Positions 60,417 to 64,000 of a stretch of DNA of 64,000 nt are shown here, piece by piece. Source of the DNA: Candidatus Binatia bacterium. Lineage in GTDB: Bacteria; Desulfobacterota; Binatia; UBA9968. The position numbers were made by a program, and so were the translations under genes. Each line of letters begins with the position of its first letter. Position 1 is the stretch's first letter. The DNA lies in NCBI GenBank assembly GCA_036378835.1, contig DASUVS010000031.1, forward strand, positions 7,002 through 71,001, written 5' to 3'. A model generated the notes under the pieces. It did no database searches. It was not told the origin of the DNA and was given only the letters and a program-made list of their open reading frames with translations.

Positions 60417-61004
60417 ATGCAAGTGCTTGATACAGTATCGATTGAGGATCTCGTGGCGCTACCGCCGACGATCTTTGGCGTCATCCGATGGAAGAAATAC
60501 ATCGGCAGACCACAAGGTGATCTTTGCAGCGGTTTCAATATTCGTGTGGAAGAGCATACGGCCACTCAGTTCCGTGCTGTTGGCGGTGGGAAGTACGAGC
60601 CGATTCCCGGCACGGGTATCTGGAAAGATGTGGTGGATGCCGTTTCTTGCCGTGAGTTAGCGGATGAAGGCGATTACCACAAGCTCAGCTTTCAAGTCTG
60701 GGGCGTCCATTTGAATGCTTTTCCCGACGGGCGATATCGAATCACGCCGACTCTGAAAGGCACCTGGAGCCGGCCCGCCAACCCGGTTTTGTTTTTTGGC
60801 TCTCGCACTATCGAGCCGCAGAGCTTCTCTGTCGTGCTCAAGAAGGATGATCAAATTCAAAGCGTCGAGTTTGAACTCGTGCAACGTCCCCGGCCGTTGG
60901 GAACCATCTTGAGCGCGGCCGTTGTAGGCGCGATTGTCGGCTCGGCGCTGCAAAGTGCACGGCCGAATAGGTGGTTGTCGGCCAGATCAGGACCGGGTAG
61001 CTGA
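60417..61004 (+). CDS. Hypothetical protein with C-terminal TM anchor
   Basis: The ATG at 60417 follows GAGGAGGG. Hydrophobic 'LGTILSAAVVGAIVGSAL' lies near the C-terminus. No motif recognised. Confidence 0.5.
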   Translation: MQVLDTVSIEDLVALPPTIFGVIRWKKYIGRPQGDLCSGFNIRVEEHTATQFRAVGGGKYEPIPGTGIWKDVVDAVSCRELADEGDYHKLSFQVWGVHLNAFPDGRYRITPTLKGTWSRPANPVLFFGSRTIEPQSFSVVLKKDDQIQSVEFELVQRPRPLGTILSAAVVGAIVGSALQSARPNRWLSARSGPGS

Positions 61005-61128
61005 GCGGTTTCTCCAAAGTATTTCCGATGCGAAGAAGTGGAATTTGTCGGCTGGTCAGGACTTGCACATCTCCTTCCCAAAGAGTCTCGGCTTCATTCT
61101 AATAAACCGACATGCCACGGGGGGTATT

Positions 61129-62667
61129 ATGTTAGGGAGCATTCGTCCGGCGCTTCTGACTCTGGTCATTGTGCTTACGATTGCGTACGCACCCGCGTAT
61201 GCGCAGTCCCCGGCCGCGCTGCTCCAGCAGGCGGCCGACGCCATGGGCGGGTTATCAGCGCTGGGCGCGCTAAAGACCCAAGTGATTGAAAGCGAAGGCA
61301 AACAGTTCGATGCTTCTTCCACGGCCCGACCACTCGGTCCGACCCGGCAAATCACCACGTTTCGCTACACCCTGACTCGCGATCTCACCCGACCTCGGTT
61401 GCGGCTTGTTTGGGAGGGGCAAAGCCTGGGCAGCAAGCAAAGCAGCCGCTTTGTTGAAATCATCGACGGCTCCATTGGGATGCTGCAGGAAGGTGGAAAC
61501 GGCGCCAAGCAAACCCGCCTGCATCCCGGGCGCTTGGCAACGCGCGTACGCGAGGAGCACCGCAATCCGGCAAAGCTCGTCCTGATCGGGTTGAACAACA
61601 AGAGTTTGCGGCACCGCGGCGACGCCCTGCTCGACGGCAAACGCCAGGCGGTTTTGTCCTTTACTGAAAACGACGAGGAGTTTCGCGTCTACGTCGATCG
61701 CGAGACGCGGCTGCCTGCGCAAACCGAAATTCTCGAGGACGATCCGCTCGAAGGCGACAGCAGCTATACATTGCGCTACGGCGATTGGCGTAAAGTCGAC
61801 GGCGTGATGCTGCCGTTTAGTTTGCGCTACGAGCTCAACGGCAACACGCTGCAGGAGGAGCAGATTAAATCGATTAGGCACAATGCGGCAATTCCCGCCG
61901 ACATGTTCGCCGTTCCGGACTCCGTGCGCCGCGAAAAAACCGATGCCATGCCGATCGCCTCGCAATGGATTCTGCGTCGCGTCGCGGGCAACGTCAGTTA
62001 TCAGGATATGGGCCGCCCTGCCGTAGTGGAATGGGCGCAACTCGCGCCCGGCGTGCACAAGATCCAGGGCAGCTCCCATGCGACGATCCTGGTCGAGATG
62101 CGCGATTATTTGGTCGCTGTCGAAGGGCCGCTGTACGAGGCCCGCACCGCGCCGGTGGTCAAGTCGATCAAAGAGCGGTTCCCAGGTAAGCCGATCCGTT
62201 ATGCGATCCCGACCCATCATCATCTCGACCACGCTGGCGGCATTCGCGCGTTTATGGCCGAGGGGGCGGCGATAGTCGTGCCGTTCAACGCCCGGGCGTT
62301 TTATGAGAAGGTCGCGCGCTCCGCGCATACGCGCAACCCCGACAGTCTGGAGCGCAACAAACGGGCTGTGATCATTGAAGCGTTCGGCGGCGGCCACAGA
62401 GTTCTCACCGACGGCGAGCGCCAGATCGCGGTGTATCCGCTCCCGACGTCCCATGCAGAAGACCTGGTCGTGGTCTATCTGCCCAAGGAGAAATTGCTTA
62501 TCGAAGCCGACCACATCAGCCCGCGAAACGGCGATGTGAGACCGGGCCCCCGGGTCAAGGAATTTGTCCAACAGTTCGACAAGCTCAATCTCGATGTCGC
62601 AACGATCGTCGGCATCCATGGCGATCAGGCGAGTCTTGAGGCTACTCGAGGAGCAGCCAAGAAGTAG
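61129..62667 (+). CDS. Secreted MBL-fold metallo-hydrolase with N-terminal extra domain
   Basis: Signal peptide 'MLGSIRPALLTLVIVLTIAYAPAYA', the 'IPTHHHLDHAGG' HxHxDH motif, and an N-terminal beta-rich domain of about 300 aa. Confidence 0.8.
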   Translation: MLGSIRPALLTLVIVLTIAYAPAYAQSPAALLQQAADAMGGLSALGALKTQVIESEGKQFDASSTARPLGPTRQITTFRYTLTRDLTRPRLRLVWEGQSLGSKQSSRFVEIIDGSIGMLQEGGNGAKQTRLHPGRLATRVREEHRNPAKLVLIGLNNKSLRHRGDALLDGKRQAVLSFTENDEEFRVYVDRETRLPAQTEILEDDPLEGDSSYTLRYGDWRKVDGVMLPFSLRYELNGNTLQEEQIKSIRHNAAIPADMFAVPDSVRREKTDAMPIASQWILRRVAGNVSYQDMGRPAVVEWAQLAPGVHKIQGSSHATILVEMRDYLVAVEGPLYEARTAPVVKSIKERFPGKPIRYAIPTHHHLDHAGGIRAFMAEGAAIVVPFNARAFYEKVARSAHTRNPDSLERNKRAVIIEAFGGGHRVLTDGERQIAVYPLPTSHAEDLVVVYLPKEKLLIEADHISPRNGDVRPGPRVKEFVQQFDKLNLDVATIVGIHGDQASLEATRGAAKK

Positions 62668-62819
62668 GTGGACCATCCCGGCCTGGGTTCGCTTGGGAAG
62701 CAGTGGAGTTTTCCAGCTACCGAACAACGTCCCCATCCATCATCCCATTATTCAACGGAAAGCCCCTCCTGTGCCTGTGGATACTTCAGACGATTTGATT
62801 ACCGGAGGAAGCTTTTCCC

Positions 62820-63213
62820 ATGACACTCACGATCTGCTCAGCATCGCCTCGATCTACATGGCTTGTGTCGGGCTCGGATTAATCTTTGCGCCTCAGCGCT
62901 TTGACGTCGGCGCCGTTCCCACCGACCCGTCTGCCGCGCTGATCGCCTATCTGCGGCTTTTCGGCAGCCCCTTTCTCGGGATTGCGGTTCTTAACTGGAT
63001 GGCGCGGAGCGCGGGTGCCCTCCACGGCGCGCAATGCCATCATCGTTGGCAACATTGTCGGATTCGCCGCTATAGCTGCGTTGGATCTATGGGGGATTGG
63101 CCAGCGGCGCGCGGCCATTAACAAAGGTGTTCGCGATGATTCATCTGCTTTTCGCCGTTGCCTTCATCTGGGTAGGGCGAATGAGCATGTCAGGCAGTAG
63201 GGAGAAGAAATAA
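62820..63213 (+). pseudogene. Frameshifted small 4-TM membrane protein gene (or local assembly errors)
   Basis: GGAGGA plus the ATG at 62820. The TM-like segments are spread over three frames: LLSIASIYMACVGLGLIFAP / LIAYLRLFGSPFLGIAVLNWMA / NAIIVGNIVGFAAIAALDLWGI / VFAMIHLLFAVAFIWVG. Confidence 0.45.
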
Positions 63214-63357
63214 GGACGTCCTTGACTCAGTGGATCAGCAGTCCTCAGGGCATTGTCGCAGATGACTAGCTAGGCACAACCTCGCCGTCTCCTCATCCAG
63301 ATCGGATGAATGATTAGAACTGAGCATCTGGAGAAGGCCTCGGCATCGTGCACGGCA

Positions 63358-64000
63358 TCAAGCGATCTTGAACAGTTTCGCTGGTCTTTTGGTCTTTCGT
63401 TTCGATCGTGTTCTAGCCGCTGCGGCAGTCGCGCATGCGAGCGCGCACTCGACAAATCGACCCAAGGCAGCAGATAGTACCGCGTCTTTGCGGCGAATGA
63501 ACATCGTCGGCACGAGAGCGTCGCGCCGAGGCAACGGATGGATACCCAACTCGGCGTTTTGCGACGCGTGTTCCGACACCGAACGGGGCATCATGGTGAT
63601 GCCTAGACCTTCTCTGGCGCAGCCAAAGACGCCGTCGATCGTGCCGAATTCGAGTTGGCCGAAAGAGGTGACGCCTGCCTCCTTCAACAGCCGCTCAAGA
63701 CGGCTTCGGTAAGAACATCCCGCCCGCAAGACCAGGATGTTTACTCCCTGCGGAGATCGGAGCGCCTCATAGAACGAGCGGAATTTCGCCGACGTCACCA
63801 GCACCATTTCTTCGGTAAAGACTTGTGTCTCAACGATTTCATCGCGCTTCACCGGGCCAGCCACGAAAGCTCCTTCCAATCGGCACGCAAGCACTTCTTC
63901 GATGAGATCGCCGGTCGTGCCGATAGTGAGCATGAGATTCACATCGGGATATTTTCGCCGGTAGGCAGATAAGATCGGAGGCAAGCGAACGCCCGCGGTG
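63358..64000 (-). CDS. LysR-family transcriptional regulator (partial, N-terminus beyond window end)
   Basis: LysR substrate-binding domain sequence ('YRRKYPDVNLMLTIGTTGDLIEEV…'). The reading frame stays open to the window edge. Confidence 0.8.
   Translation of the reverse strand, partial: TAGVRLPPILSAYRRKYPDVNLMLTIGTTGDLIEEVLACRLEGAFVAGPVKRDEIVETQVFTEEMVLVTSAKFRSFYEALRSPQGVNILVLRAGCSYRSRLERLLKEAGVTSFGQLEFGTIDGVFGCAREGLGITMMPRSVSEHASQNAELGIHPLPRRDALVPTMFIRRKDAVLSAALGRFVECALACATAAAARTRSKRKTKRPAKLFKIA

Noticed and set aside
61270-62736. 488-aa ORF on the minus strand
   Set aside because: It is antisense to the MBL-fold gene, which has a signal peptide and an HxHxDH motif. The minus-strand product looks Arg/Ala/Gly/Leu-rich by eye and has no recognisable motif.

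Overview
This is a bacterial chromosomal window, moderately GC-rich by eye, densely coding, with no rRNA, tRNA, CRISPR array or transposase that I can see. The lineage is not identifiable from the sequence alone. The gene content (many Bug/TctC and NMT1-type binding proteins, CaiB, ACADs, LLM) resembles uncultured soil or sediment Deltaproteobacteria- or Rokubacteria-like genomes. The left half (1-34 kb) is mostly housekeeping. It holds an amidohydrolase, a class II aldolase, an M48/TPR protease, a Lon-like protease and an ACAD. It also holds a minus-strand cobalamin salvage and uptake cluster (cobS, AEC transporter, two cobalamin riboswitches, TonB-dependent receptor, BtuF/C/D-like ABC system, cobQ). 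After that come gyrB-gyrA, gpsA, rpmH-rnpA-yidD-yidC-jag, ispG, proS, pyrF, thiD and a phosphohexomutase. The right half (34-60 kb) is a mostly minus-strand catabolic and transport island. It carries an LLM oxidoreductase, TctAB, LigB/LigA-like dioxygenase subunits, three Bug/TctC-like and four NMT1/SsuA-like binding proteins, and a split ComDE-like TPP decarboxylase. It also carries an isochorismatase, a crotonase, an amidohydrolase_2, an ABC permease plus binding protein, two ACADs and a family III CoA-transferase. The most interesting points are as follows. (1) A selenoprotein gene of the UGSC (UxxC) type is truncated in the ORF track at an in-frame TGA. A perfect SECIS-like hairpin follows the TGA, and the gene is co-operonic with a 350-aa protein of unknown function. 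(2) Two cobalamin riboswitches lie in tandem upstream of the TonB receptor, and the proximal one carries a repeat insertion. (3) There are two families of short periodic or palindromic intergenic repeats, GTTCAA/TGGAAC 9-mers and GATTTTGGATT units. (4) Several eroded genes are present: a thioredoxin-reductase-like relic, an RHH antitoxin with an in-frame stop, and a frameshifted 4-TM gene. All functional calls rest on motif recognition by eye, because no searches were run.
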